Positions 1 through 10,780 of a DNA stretch of 39,400 bases are shown piece by piece. The stretch lies in the NCBI GenBank assembly GCA_031417455.1, contig JANOVN010000493.1, forward strand, positions 1-39,400, in the 5' to 3' direction. Each line of letters starts with the position of its first letter. The stretch's first letter is position 1. Under the pieces are notes generated by a model that ran no database searches, had not been told where the DNA came from, and worked only from the letters and a program-made list of their open reading frames with translations. Source of the stretch: Hyphomicrobiaceae bacterium. GTDB lineage: Bacteria; Pseudomonadota; Alphaproteobacteria; Rhizobiales; Hyphomicrobiaceae. A program made the position numbers and the translations under genes.

Positions 1-986
<986 letters not shown>

Positions 987-991
987 TCCCC

Positions 992-1063
992 ATGTTCGCA
1001 CTTTGGCCCATGTTTGCACTCTTGCCCGTGTTCGCCTTTCCGCCCGCGTTCGGTTTCTTGGCA
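992..1063 (+). repeat. Four tandem 18-bp units (atgttcgcactttggccc / atgtttgcactcttgccc / gtgttcgcctttccgccc / gcgttcggtttcttggca), in frame, encoding hexapeptides MFALWP-MFALLP-VFAFPP-AFGFLA
   Basis: Read directly. Units 1 and 2 match at 15/18 positions; units 3 and 4 are more degenerate. Confidence 0.85.
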
Positions 1064-2800
1064 ACCGTTGTGCCGATAGCCCTCGATCAACCCGAGAGTG
1101 CCCCATCCGCTTCTCTGGTGCTCGTGGCCTGCGAGATTGCCCTCGTGGTCTTGTTGCTGGCCTTCGCCTTCACGCGCCTGCGCAACTATCGTGACCGCTC
1201 GGTCCTGTCGGGCGTTGCGTCAACCGTCTCATCAACCGTCTCATCAACCGCCGCATCCATGGCATCGACGGTTTCCTCCACAGCCTCAGCCGCAGCCTCC
1301 GCCGCTGCTACGTCCACGGCAATCGCGGTCACCAAAGTGACCTCAGCGGTTGCCCACTCAAATCCCCCATTGCCCGGCGAGATGACGCGCGATCTCGACG
1401 CCACCGACCGCGAATTCCTCCCCGCCGCCCTCGAACTGCTGGAAACTCCGCCCTCCCCGGTGCGCATCGCCGGCATCTGGCTGATCTGCAGCGCCGTCAT
1501 CGTCGCCCTCACCTGGTCCTATTTCGGCAAGCTCGACATCCACGCAGTCGCCCAGGGCCGCATCCAGCCGTCTGGCCGCTCCAAAGTCATTCAGCCAGTC
1601 GAGGCGGGCAAGGTCGTCGCCATCTTCGTCGAAAACGGCACGCGCGTGAAAGCCGGTGACATCCTTCTTGAACTGGACCCGACTGAAACCGGCGCCGACC
1701 GCCAGTCGCAGACCCGCGATTTGGAATCCGCCCGCGCCGAATCCGCCCGCCGCCGCGTCGCGATCGCAGTCGCCCGCGACACCGACCGCTCGCTCGTCCC
1801 CAAGCCCATCGCCTTCGACCCGACCATCTCGAACGCTGTCCGTAGCCGCGAAGAACTGGTTCTCGCCGGTGACCTTGGTCAGCTTAAATCCAGCCGCTCC
1901 AATCAGGTCGCCCAATTGGCCGAACGCATCGCCACCAAGGAAAAGCTCACCGCCAGCCTCAAGTCGCGTGAGAAGGTGATCGCGCTTGCCAAAGAGCGCG
2001 TGGACATGCGCACCCAACTCAACGATTCCGGCTCCCTCTCCCGCGCCCTCGTCATCGAAGTGCTTTCCCAATACGAAGCCCAGGTCACGACCCAAATCGC
2101 CGAGAAGGGCCAACTCGTCGAGACCGAAGCCGCCATCAACACCGTCGCCTCCAAGATCGAAGAACTCATCAGCCAATTCGTCTCCGACCAGTCGAGTAAA
2201 CTCGCCGAAGCCGAACGCAAAGCCGACCGCATCGCCCAGGACCTCGTCAAGGCGACCGCCAAGAATGAGCGCGCCACGCTGAAATCGCCGATCACCGGCA
2301 CAATCCAGCAGCTCGCCGTCTCGACCGTCGGTCAGGTGGTCAGCGGCGCACAATCCCTGATGACGATCGTCCCCTCCGACGGCCCCATCGAAATCGAAGC
2401 CATGATCCAGAACCAGGATATCGGCTTCGTCGAACCCGGCCAGGATGCCATCATCAAGATCGAAGCCTTCCCCTTTACCCGCTTTGGCTCGATCTCGGGC
2501 AAAGTCTCCCGCGTCTCCCGCGACGCCGTCGAGGAACGCGATGCCATCGCGATGGCCGACCCAATGCAGGCGGCCCGCCCTGGCGGCGCGTCAGGCGGTG
2601 CTGGTGCCAAAGGCCCCAACCTCGTTTTTCCCGCCACCGTCCGCCTGGATAAAATGACCATCACCGTCGACGGCAAGGAAATCGCGCTTAGCCCCGGCAT
2701 GTCGGTCACCGTCGAAATCCTGACCGGCCAGCGCCGCGCCATCGACTATGTCTTAGCCCCCCTGCGCGAAGTCGCCTCCAGCACCGCCCGCGAACGCTAG
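992..2800 (+). CDS. HlyD-family type I secretion periplasmic adaptor with an unusual ~130-aa N-terminal extension; alternative start ATG 1382 gives a canonical ~472-aa HlyD
   Basis: Canonical HlyD N-terminus (REFLPAALELLETPPSP, then TM helix IAGIWLICSAVIVALTW), long coiled-coil region, C-terminal beta-barrel ending GQRRAIDYVLAPL. ATG 992 is in frame just after the ABC stop. Start choice between 992 and 1382 is unresolved. Confidence 0.85.
   Translation: MFALWPMFALLPVFAFPPAFGFLATVVPIALDQPESAPSASLVLVACEIALVVLLLAFAFTRLRNYRDRSVLSGVASTVSSTVSSTAASMASTVSSTASAAASAAATSTAIAVTKVTSAVAHSNPPLPGEMTRDLDATDREFLPAALELLETPPSPVRIAGIWLICSAVIVALTWSYFGKLDIHAVAQGRIQPSGRSKVIQPVEAGKVVAIFVENGTRVKAGDILLELDPTETGADRQSQTRDLESARAESARRRVAIAVARDTDRSLVPKPIAFDPTISNAVRSREELVLAGDLGQLKSSRSNQVAQLAERIATKEKLTASLKSREKVIALAKERVDMRTQLNDSGSLSRALVIEVLSQYEAQVTTQIAEKGQLVETEAAINTVASKIEELISQFVSDQSSKLAEAERKADRIAQDLVKATAKNERATLKSPITGTIQQLAVSTVGQVVSGAQSLMTIVPSDGPIEIEAMIQNQDIGFVEPGQDAIIKIEAFPFTRFGSISGKVSRVSRDAVEERDAIAMADPMQAARPGGASGGAGAKGPNLVFPATVRLDKMTITVDGKEIALSPGMSVTVEILTGQRRAIDYVLAPLREVASSTARER
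1220..1255 (+). repeat. Three tandem 12-bp units (tcaaccgtctca x2, then tcaaccgccgca), in frame, encoding the STVS-STVS-STAA part of a Ser/Thr/Ala-rich linker
   Basis: Read directly. The period is a multiple of 3 and in frame with the HlyD ORF. Confidence 0.9.
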
Positions 2801-3022
2801 AGTGCTTCTGTGGAAAAGCATGTGCCACCTCCACAAGGGCCCCACGAGCGACCGCAATTGCGGCACCACGGACACACCCCGCAGGAATACCCGCATGAGG
2901 CCGTCATTGGCCGCACCAACGCCCCGATGCCGCCGGATTTGGCGATCACACAACGCCACAACGGGGAGCACGGCAGCAGTTTTGCGCCCCTCCACCAGTG
3001 ATCGAACCGGAGCACTTTTTAA

Positions 3023-3571
3023 ATGTTGATGCGATACGCCCGCCTCGCAGCCGTTGCCGTTCTGGCCCTGTGTGGCACCCACGCACAGGCGAGCGCCGAC
3101 AGTGCCCGCGACATCGACGCCGGCGTCGAACACACCCTTACCCGCTTCTACTCCAAAGTCGGCGGCTCGCGCGATCTGGTTGCCAAAGCCCGGGGCGTCC
3201 TCGTCTTCCCCGCGGTCGTCAAAGCAGGCCTCGGCCTCGGCGGCGAATACGGCGAAGGCGCGCTGATCGTCGACGGCCAATGGGGCGGCTATTACAATAC
3301 CGTCTCCGCCTCGATCGGTTTCCAGCTCGGCGTCGAACAGCGCTCGGTCATCGTCGCGTTCATGACTGACGAAGCGCTCACCAATTTCCGCCGCACTCAC
3401 GGCTGGAAAGTCGGCGTCGACGGCTCGGTCGCCATCATCACGCTGGGCGTCGGTGCGTCCGTCGACACCAACAAACTCACCAACCCCGTCGTCGGCTTCA
3501 TCCTCGACCCCAAAGGCCTGATGTATAACCTCACCCTCGAAGGCTCAAAGATCACCCAGATCTCGCGGTAA
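3023..3571 (+). CDS. Secreted SYLF (Ysc84/DUF500) lipid-binding domain protein
   Basis: N-terminal signal peptide (LAAVAVLALCGTHAQA). Family-typical blocks GVLVFPAVVKAGLGLGGEYGEGAL, SIGFQLG, GWKVGVDGSVA, KGLMYNLTLEGSKIT. Confidence 0.8.
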   Translation: MLMRYARLAAVAVLALCGTHAQASADSARDIDAGVEHTLTRFYSKVGGSRDLVAKARGVLVFPAVVKAGLGLGGEYGEGALIVDGQWGGYYNTVSASIGFQLGVEQRSVIVAFMTDEALTNFRRTHGWKVGVDGSVAIITLGVGASVDTNKLTNPVVGFILDPKGLMYNLTLEGSKITQISR

Positions 3572-3736
3572 CGTCGATCCCCTCGTGGCCGCAGGCCGCC
3601 AGGAGCAACGCGAACCGGCGCGAGTGCTGCCAGTGCGAAGGCACCAAGTGGACTGCGGAGCGCGAGGCCGGAGTGCTACTGAGCACGACCAACCCAAAAG
3701 CCTTGCTGCTCGCAGGGCGAGTATGATGCCAGCAAA

Positions 3737-4439
<703 letters not shown>

Positions 4440-4447
<8 letters not shown>

Positions 4448-5681
4448 GGATCGCCACCACCGGATCGAGCTTGGCTGCGCGCAACGCGGGCACCGCTGCC
4501 GCTGCAACGCCGGTCAGCGCCGCGAGCACCATCGCGTACACGAATAACTGCGGTTCCAGGATCAATGGAAACAGTTCGCTACCGTCCGCCTGCCGCAGAG
4601 CGCCATGCCAATACAGTAGCGCACTTGCCCCCGTCGCCGATCCGATCAGCGCCCCGGCAAACCCGAGCAACCCGCCTTGCAACAGAAAGATCCGCAGAAT
4701 TTGCCCTTGCGACGTTCCCATCGCGCGCAAAATCCCAATATCGCGCGAGCGTTGAATGACCGACACGACGAGCACGCTCGCGATCCCGAAAGCGACGGAC
4801 AATCCCACGAACAACCGGATCAACGTGTTCGAGGTCTTCTGCGCGTTGACCGCCGTAAAGAACTGCGCGTTGGTCTTGATCCAGCTATCCGCCTGGACCC
4901 CGGTCGCGACCCTCACCTCCTGCGCGATTGCCTCCGCCGCATAGACATCCTCGACCGTCAAGTCGATCGACGTCACCCCGCCCGGCAGGTTCGACAGCGC
5001 CTGTGCCGTCCGCAGTGCCACATACGTCGAGCGCATGTTCGCGCCCTTGTTGCCCAGATCGAAAATGCCGGAAATCGTCAGCAGCCGAGCCGCGCCGGTC
5101 GCCGACGTCACCGTGAGTTTGTCGCCAACCGTCACGCCCAGATCCTTCGCTAAGTCCAAACCCACGACGATGTCGTCGCTCGTCACGCGCGGTTGCCCCG
5201 CCACAATGTAGTCAGGCAGCTTGACGATCTTGAAATACACTTCGGCATCAATCCCCGTCATCGTGATTGACCGGCTGGCGCTGCCCCGCACGGCGAGTGC
5301 TGCCGCCGAAACGGTTGGCGAAACATTTGTGATCGCCGGCCACGTCACCAGCAGCGCGCGAACCTTTTGCCACTGATCGATAGAGCGCAACCGTTGCGCC
5401 GGACGTTGCACGATTGCGCCCACCGTCATGCCGGGACCGTTTCGTAACGGCCGCGCAACCTCGTCTGCCGGGATCAGTTGAATGTGCGCCGATGACGTCA
5501 GCACGCGCTTGATGAAGTTCGCCTGCAGCCCCGTGAGCAACGCCGACATGAACACGATGACCGCCACGCCGATGGAGACGCCCGTGATGATGAACAGCGT
5601 CTGCATCCGCCCCTCGCGGAGGAAGCGAAGCGCGGTGATCCACTCGAACGGCGCCCAGGTGTTCATCGTCGAGGTGTTCAT
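4440..5681 (-). CDS. ABC transporter permease, FtsX/LolC-LolE/MacB-type
   Basis: N-terminal TM helix, large periplasmic domain, then three C-terminal TM helices (FtsX-like). Its start overlaps the upstream adaptor stop by 4 nt. Confidence 0.85.
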
Positions 5682-7078
5682 GACGCTGCAGCGTCCGCCG
5701 GGCTCACCCTCACGCGCTGCCCAACTTTGATCTTGGTGTTGCTGGCCGGGATCACGAGGTCGCCGGCGTCAAGCCCCGACAACACCTCGGCCTTGCCGCC
5801 GCTGACGATGCCGAGCTTGACCTCCTGGCGGTTCGCTCGTCCCCCCGTGGCCTTCAAGACCCACGGTTTGGCCCCGTTGATACTGCGAATGCTTCCCGCT
5901 GAGACCGTGACCGCGTTGTCTTTCCGCGCGACTTCGATGTCGGCTGAAATGGTCATGTCCTGACGCAGATAATCCGGCGGTCTGGGCACCCGAAGCTTGA
6001 CCTCGACGGACGCACGCTGCAAATCGATGCCTGGATTGACGTAGAAGACTTCCGCCGGGAATGTCTCTTTGGCGTAAGCGTCCGCGGATCCGAGCGCCTT
6101 CTGGCCGATGCTGATCAGGCTCAGATTTTTCTCGTCGATCTGCACCACGAGTTGGATCTCGCCATCCGGTGACAGCACCATCAGCGTCGCCGGCGGCGCG
6201 ACGGTGTTTCCGGCCTCCACGTTGCGCGAAATCAGCACGCCGTCTCGCGGCGCCTTGATGACGGTATAGCTGAGCCGCGACTGCGCCGATGCAAGGCTGG
6301 CCTTCGCCTGATTGAGTTGCGTCTCCGCCATCACGTAATCGCTGCCGGAGGCCTGCGTCGTCGCAACCTGAAATTCGGCGCTTTTGACCTGCGCCTTCGC
6401 CACTTCGAGCGCCCGCGTGGCTTCATCGAGTGCGACCTTTGTCGCGTACCCATCGCGGCTGAGCTTCACGGTGCGGTCATACCCGTTCTGCGCATTGGTC
6501 AGCGTTGCCTGAGCCTGCTTTACGGTTTGTTCGGCGGCTGGATGCGTCACTTCCCGCATCTGCCGCAGCCGCGCTTCGCCCTGTGCGACGACCCCCTCGG
6601 CCTGGGTCACGACCGCCCGCAATTCGCGGTCATCGAGTTCGATCAGCGTCTGTCCCGCCTTCACCGTCTGCCCCTCGACCACGGGCACCTTTGCAACCAC
6701 TGCGGTAATCTGGCTGGCGATGTTCACCCGGAACGGCGCTTCCACATGCCCGCTGGCAACAATCGTTTGCAGGAACAAACCGCGCACCGCCGCCTCGCCC
6801 ACGACCTTGGGACCAAACAGCGCCGCCGGGCCGAAATTGAGTGCGAGAAAAAGCGCAATCGCCGCGGCCAAGGCGGTCCACTTGCGCACCCACAACGCCG
6901 CCGTATAGGGCGAAACCCGATGCCCGGTCTCACGCAGCGTCGTGGCGATGCGTTCAACGACGGAAGGCTCGAGTGGCGCAGGTGTTTTGGCTTTGCCTTC
7001 CGCCGTTGCAACAGGCGCGTCGTTCGTCGCCGCGATCGTCAGCTTCGGGCCGGGCTTTACTCGATCAATGTCTCTCAA
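5678..7078 (-). CDS. HlyD/MacA-family periplasmic adaptor (membrane fusion protein) of the ABC efflux system
   Basis: One TM helix (WTALAAAIALFLALNF), lipoyl-like and coiled-coil hairpin segments, C-terminal beta-barrel. The first possible start is TTG 7078, 11 nt after the upstream gene stop. GTG 6889 is an alternative that removes a ~60-aa cytoplasmic extension. Confidence 0.8.
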   Translation of the reverse strand: MRDIDRVKPGPKLTIAATNDAPVATAEGKAKTPAPLEPSVVERIATTLRETGHRVSPYTAALWVRKWTALAAAIALFLALNFGPAALFGPKVVGEAAVRGLFLQTIVASGHVEAPFRVNIASQITAVVAKVPVVEGQTVKAGQTLIELDDRELRAVVTQAEGVVAQGEARLRQMREVTHPAAEQTVKQAQATLTNAQNGYDRTVKLSRDGYATKVALDEATRALEVAKAQVKSAEFQVATTQASGSDYVMAETQLNQAKASLASAQSRLSYTVIKAPRDGVLISRNVEAGNTVAPPATLMVLSPDGEIQLVVQIDEKNLSLISIGQKALGSADAYAKETFPAEVFYVNPGIDLQRASVEVKLRVPRPPDYLRQDMTISADIEVARKDNAVTVSAGSIRSINGAKPWVLKATGGRANRQEVKLGIVSGGKAEVLSGLDAGDLVIPASNTKIKVGQRVRVSPADAAAS

Positions 7079-7089
7079 TTCGCACCAGC

Positions 7090-7539
7090 CTATGTCACGA
7101 GTACATTTGCAAGATGGCGCGCTATTTCGCCATTCGGTGTCTTCGTGAGATCCTGCGCGAGTTCGCCTGTAACCTTGGCGGCGACCTTGGGTGCAAGGAC
7201 TTTGCGCAAGTCCCCCAGCGTCACGGGTGTCGCCACAATCACCAGCCGGTCGTAGGCGCCCGCGTCGAGTTCGCGCGCCATCACATCCGCCAGATGATGC
7301 GCGAAGGATTTCTTCAACTCGCGGTGCGGATCCGTCCGCGCATCGATTGCCGAACGCCCCGGCCCATGGCTGCTGTGCGTGCGGCCTTCCCGGTCATCGA
7401 CAATAGTGTGCGTTGCTGCGTGGTCGCCCTGAAATAGAAGCCGCTCAATGGCCGTCAGCCCTTTGCCCGGCCCGCCATTTTCAAGAACCCGCGCCCGCGC
7501 CCCATCGGCAATCAAAACCCAAGTCCGGATTGGCTTCAT
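7090..7539 (-). CDS. Host attachment protein (Host_attach/Hat) family protein
   Basis: 149 aa. The N-terminal block TWVLIADGARARVLEN and the later HRELKKSFAHHLADVM...YDRLVIVATPVTLGDLRK match my memory of this family. No signal peptide or TM helix. Confidence 0.7.
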   Translation of the reverse strand: MKPIRTWVLIADGARARVLENGGPGKGLTAIERLLFQGDHAATHTIVDDREGRTHSSHGPGRSAIDARTDPHRELKKSFAHHLADVMARELDAGAYDRLVIVATPVTLGDLRKVLAPKVAAKVTGELAQDLTKTPNGEIARHLANVLVT

Positions 7540-7630
7540 GTGCGGCCTGTCCTATCTGAAAACGTCGCGGGGAAATCACAAGGAACGGCCTCCGCGAACC
7601 CCAACCTATCCCGTGATTCAACCTCCAACC

Positions 7631-7644
7631 TTGATGGCCGTCAA
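7631..7644. promoter_or_regulatory. FixK/FNR-type box TTGATggccGTCAA, 92-105 bp upstream of the Hat gene start
   Basis: Exact match to TTGA[TC]-N4-[AG]TCAA. Intergenic, lying after a GGCCAG-N6-CTGGCC hairpin (7672-7689) that follows the RND gene. Confidence 0.6.
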
Positions 7645-7720
7645 TTGGTTCCAGCGGCGGCACTCTTTGCGGCCAGCCTTACCTGGCCGAAGCGCCGAAT
7701 AGGCAAAAGAGCGGCATCCG

Positions 7721-10700
7721 TCAGGCAGCGAGGTCTTCAACAACAGGTGGCTTGATCTTGAACCATACCATATACAACGCAGGCAGGAACACCAGCGTCA
7801 GCGCCGTCGCGACTGCCAGACCGCCCATCACCGCATACGCCATCGGGCCCCAGAACACCGTCGGCGCAATCGGGATCATCCCGAGAATGGCCGCCGCCGC
7901 CGTCAACAAAATTGGCCGCAACCGGTGCTCCGTCGCCGAAATGACGGCATCCCAAGGCGCTTGACCCTGCGCGATCTGCTGATCCACCTGAACGATCAGA
8001 ATGACCGAGTTGCGGATCACCATCCCAATCAGCGAAATGATCCCAAGGATTGCGACAAACCCCATCGGCGCACCCGACGCGAGCAGCGCTCCCGCAACCC
8101 CGATAATCGCCAGCGGCGCCGTCAGCAGCACCAGGCCAAGCCGTTGAAAGCTCATCAGCTGCACCATCAAGATCGTCGCCATCAGCAGCAGCATGACCGG
8201 AAACACCACGAAGATGCTGGCCTGCGCTTTGGCGCTATCCTCGATCGTCCCACCCGTCACGACCGCATATCCCGGCGGCAGCTTGGCCTTGAAATCGGCC
8301 ATTGCGCCAGCAAGCTGCTTGACGACCGTCGTCGCCTCCACGCCGCGCACCACGTCTGCCTGCACTGTCACCGTGGGCAACCGCTGCCGCCGCCAGATCA
8401 AAGGCGGCTCCAGCGCATACGAAAGTGTTGCGATCTGCGCCAGCGGCACGCTGCGCCCGCCCGTCGTCTCAAACATGAGGTTGCGCAGCGTCTCCAGCGA
8501 TGCACGCTCTTCGCTGACCGCCCGCGCCACGACATCGATCAAATAGGTTGCATCCCGCACCTGCGTGATCGTCGTACCCGACAGCACCGCATTGATGTTG
8601 GTCGCGAGCTGTTGCGAACTGATCCCCAGAATCCGCGCGCGATCCTGATCCACCTCGACCTTGATCGTTTTGGCCGGCTCGTTCCAGTCGTAGTTGATGT
8701 TGCGCGTACTGGCGTTCGCGCCCAGCACTTGCGCAAACGCCTGCGCCATCTCGCGCGTCTTGGAAGCATCAGGCCCGCTGACCCGGAACTTGAGCGGCCA
8801 CCCGACCGGCGGCCCAAGTTCGAGCGGACTGACCCGCGCCGTCACATCCTCAAACCCGCTGGCAAACGCCGTCTCCAAACGCTTGAGCACATTTGGCCGT
8901 TGCTTAAACCCCTTGGTGACGACTACCGCCTGCGCGAAGAAATCGTTGCCGAGCTGCGCGTCGAGCGGCAGATAAAACCGCACCGCCCCTTGGCCCACAT
9001 AAAAGCTCCAATAGTCGACCTCGGGATCGGCCTTCAACAGCGCCTCGACCCGCTCGACCGTCTTCTGCGTCGCCCCAAGCGAGGCGTTCTGCGGCAGCGT
9101 GAGATTGATTAAAAGCTCTGGCCGGTCCGACGCTGGAAAGAACTGCTGCTGGATGAACTTCATGCCAAACAACGACAGCGCGAAGATCCCAGCTGTCGCC
9201 CCCAGCACCAAAAACTTGCGCCGCAACGCCCAGTCGAGCGTCCCATGAAACCAGCGCGAAAACCGCGACGGATTGTGCGCGTCGTGCCCTGCGATCCTAT
9301 CGGGCAGGATGAAAACGCCTGTTAGCGGCGTGAACAATACAGCCACGATCCACGATGCCACCAAAGCAATCGTAATCACGACAAACATCGTGAAGCAATA
9401 TTCGCCGGCCCCGCTTTTGGCAAACCCGACCGGTACGAATCCGGCAACCGTAACCAGCGTTCCCGTCAGCATCGGAAACGCCGTCGACGTGTAGGCATAG
9501 GTCGCCGCCGACACCTTGTCCGCGCCCTCCTCGAGCTTCGTCATCATCATCTCGACCGCGATCATCGCGTCGTCGACCAGCAGCCCAAGTGCAATGATCA
9601 GCGCGCCGAGCGAAATGCGCTGTAGCGAAATCCCCAGCAGATACATGCTCACGAACGTGATCGCGAGCACCAGCGGAATGGCAACCGCAACCACGATCCC
9701 CGGTCGCCACCCAAGCGCGATGAAACTGACCGCCAGCACGATGAAAATCGCTTCCCACAGGCTCTTGGTAAACTCCCCAACGGCCTCGTGCACCACATGC
9801 GGCTGGTCCGCGACGAGATGGGGATCGATCCCGACGGGCAGGTTCGCCGTCAGCTCCCTCATCCGCGTCTTGACGTTGGCCCCGAGCGCTTCGGCGTCGC
9901 CATTCTTCGCCATCGACAAGGCGAGCCCGATCGCTGCTTGCCCGTTGTACCTGAACATCGGCTGCGGCGGATCGATATACCCGCGCCGCACCTTGGCGAT
10001 GTCGCTCAGCTTGAAAAACTTACCGCCATGCCGGAAGTTGATCGCCTTGAGGCTGTCTTCCGAAACAAATTCGCCCGACACCCGGATGGAGATCCGTTCC
10101 GGCCCGGAATTTACGACCCCGCTCGGCGTAATCGCGTTCTGGGTCTGCAGCGACTGCGCCAGCGCGTTGACATCGAGCCCGAGCGACGCCAGCTGCTGCG
10201 TTGAAAATTCGAGAAAGATCTTCTCGTCCTGGGTCCCGATGAAGTCCGCCTTGGCAATATCGGGCACGCGCAACATCTCGGTGCGCACCCGTTCCACATG
10301 GTCGCGCAATTCGCGCTGACTGTAGCCGTCAGACGTGAACGCGTAGATCATGGAATACGTGTCGCCGAACTCGTCGTTGAAGAACGGTCCCGCAATTCCA
10401 GACGGCAGCGACTGGCGAATATCGCCCACCTTCTTGCGCACTTGATACCAAAGGTCAGGAACCTCGGCGGCGCGCACGCTGTCCTTGAGGTTGACGAACA
10501 CAACCGATTCGCCAGGCTTGGTGTAGCTGCGCACGTAGTCGAGATTGGGAATCTCTTCGAGCTTTTTTTCGATGCGGTCGGTGACCTGCTGCAGCGTCTC
10601 CGCCGTCGTCGCCCCCGGCCAGAGGGTTTTGACGATCATCACCTTGATCGTGAACGGCGGATCTTCTTCCCGCCCAAGCTTGCCAAAGGCAAACGCCCCA

Positions 10701-10780
10701 GAAATCGCGCATAAAAGCATGAGATAGACGACAAAGCTCTTATGCTTGAGCGCCCACGCCGACAGATTGAAATCACTCAT
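7721..10780 (-). CDS. RND efflux transporter permease (AcrB/MdtB-like, HAE1-type)
   Basis: 1019 aa with 12-TM architecture and two large periplasmic loops. Typical N-terminus SAWALKHKSFVVYLM. Overlaps the adaptor gene stop by 8 nt. Confidence 0.95.
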   Translation of the reverse strand: MSDFNLSAWALKHKSFVVYLMLLCAISGAFAFGKLGREEDPPFTIKVMIVKTLWPGATTAETLQQVTDRIEKKLEEIPNLDYVRSYTKPGESVVFVNLKDSVRAAEVPDLWYQVRKKVGDIRQSLPSGIAGPFFNDEFGDTYSMIYAFTSDGYSQRELRDHVERVRTEMLRVPDIAKADFIGTQDEKIFLEFSTQQLASLGLDVNALAQSLQTQNAITPSGVVNSGPERISIRVSGEFVSEDSLKAINFRHGGKFFKLSDIAKVRRGYIDPPQPMFRYNGQAAIGLALSMAKNGDAEALGANVKTRMRELTANLPVGIDPHLVADQPHVVHEAVGEFTKSLWEAIFIVLAVSFIALGWRPGIVVAVAIPLVLAITFVSMYLLGISLQRISLGALIIALGLLVDDAMIAVEMMMTKLEEGADKVSAATYAYTSTAFPMLTGTLVTVAGFVPVGFAKSGAGEYCFTMFVVITIALVASWIVAVLFTPLTGVFILPDRIAGHDAHNPSRFSRWFHGTLDWALRRKFLVLGATAGIFALSLFGMKFIQQQFFPASDRPELLINLTLPQNASLGATQKTVERVEALLKADPEVDYWSFYVGQGAVRFYLPLDAQLGNDFFAQAVVVTKGFKQRPNVLKRLETAFASGFEDVTARVSPLELGPPVGWPLKFRVSGPDASKTREMAQAFAQVLGANASTRNINYDWNEPAKTIKVEVDQDRARILGISSQQLATNINAVLSGTTITQVRDATYLIDVVARAVSEERASLETLRNLMFETTGGRSVPLAQIATLSYALEPPLIWRRQRLPTVTVQADVVRGVEATTVVKQLAGAMADFKAKLPPGYAVVTGGTIEDSAKAQASIFVVFPVMLLLMATILMVQLMSFQRLGLVLLTAPLAIIGVAGALLASGAPMGFVAILGIISLIGMVIRNSVILIVQVDQQIAQGQAPWDAVISATEHRLRPILLTAAAAILGMIPIAPTVFWGPMAYAVMGGLAVATALTLVFLPALYMVWFKIKPPVVEDLAA

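Noticed and set aside
6317-7437. 312-aa and 198-aa plus-strand ORFs
   Set aside because: Antisense to the MacA-like adaptor and Hat genes. Arg-rich, with no SD or motifs.
7925-9112. 395-aa plus-strand ORF (and other plus-strand ORFs across 7752-10714)
   Set aside because: Antisense to the RND permease. Extremely Arg/His/Asp-rich.
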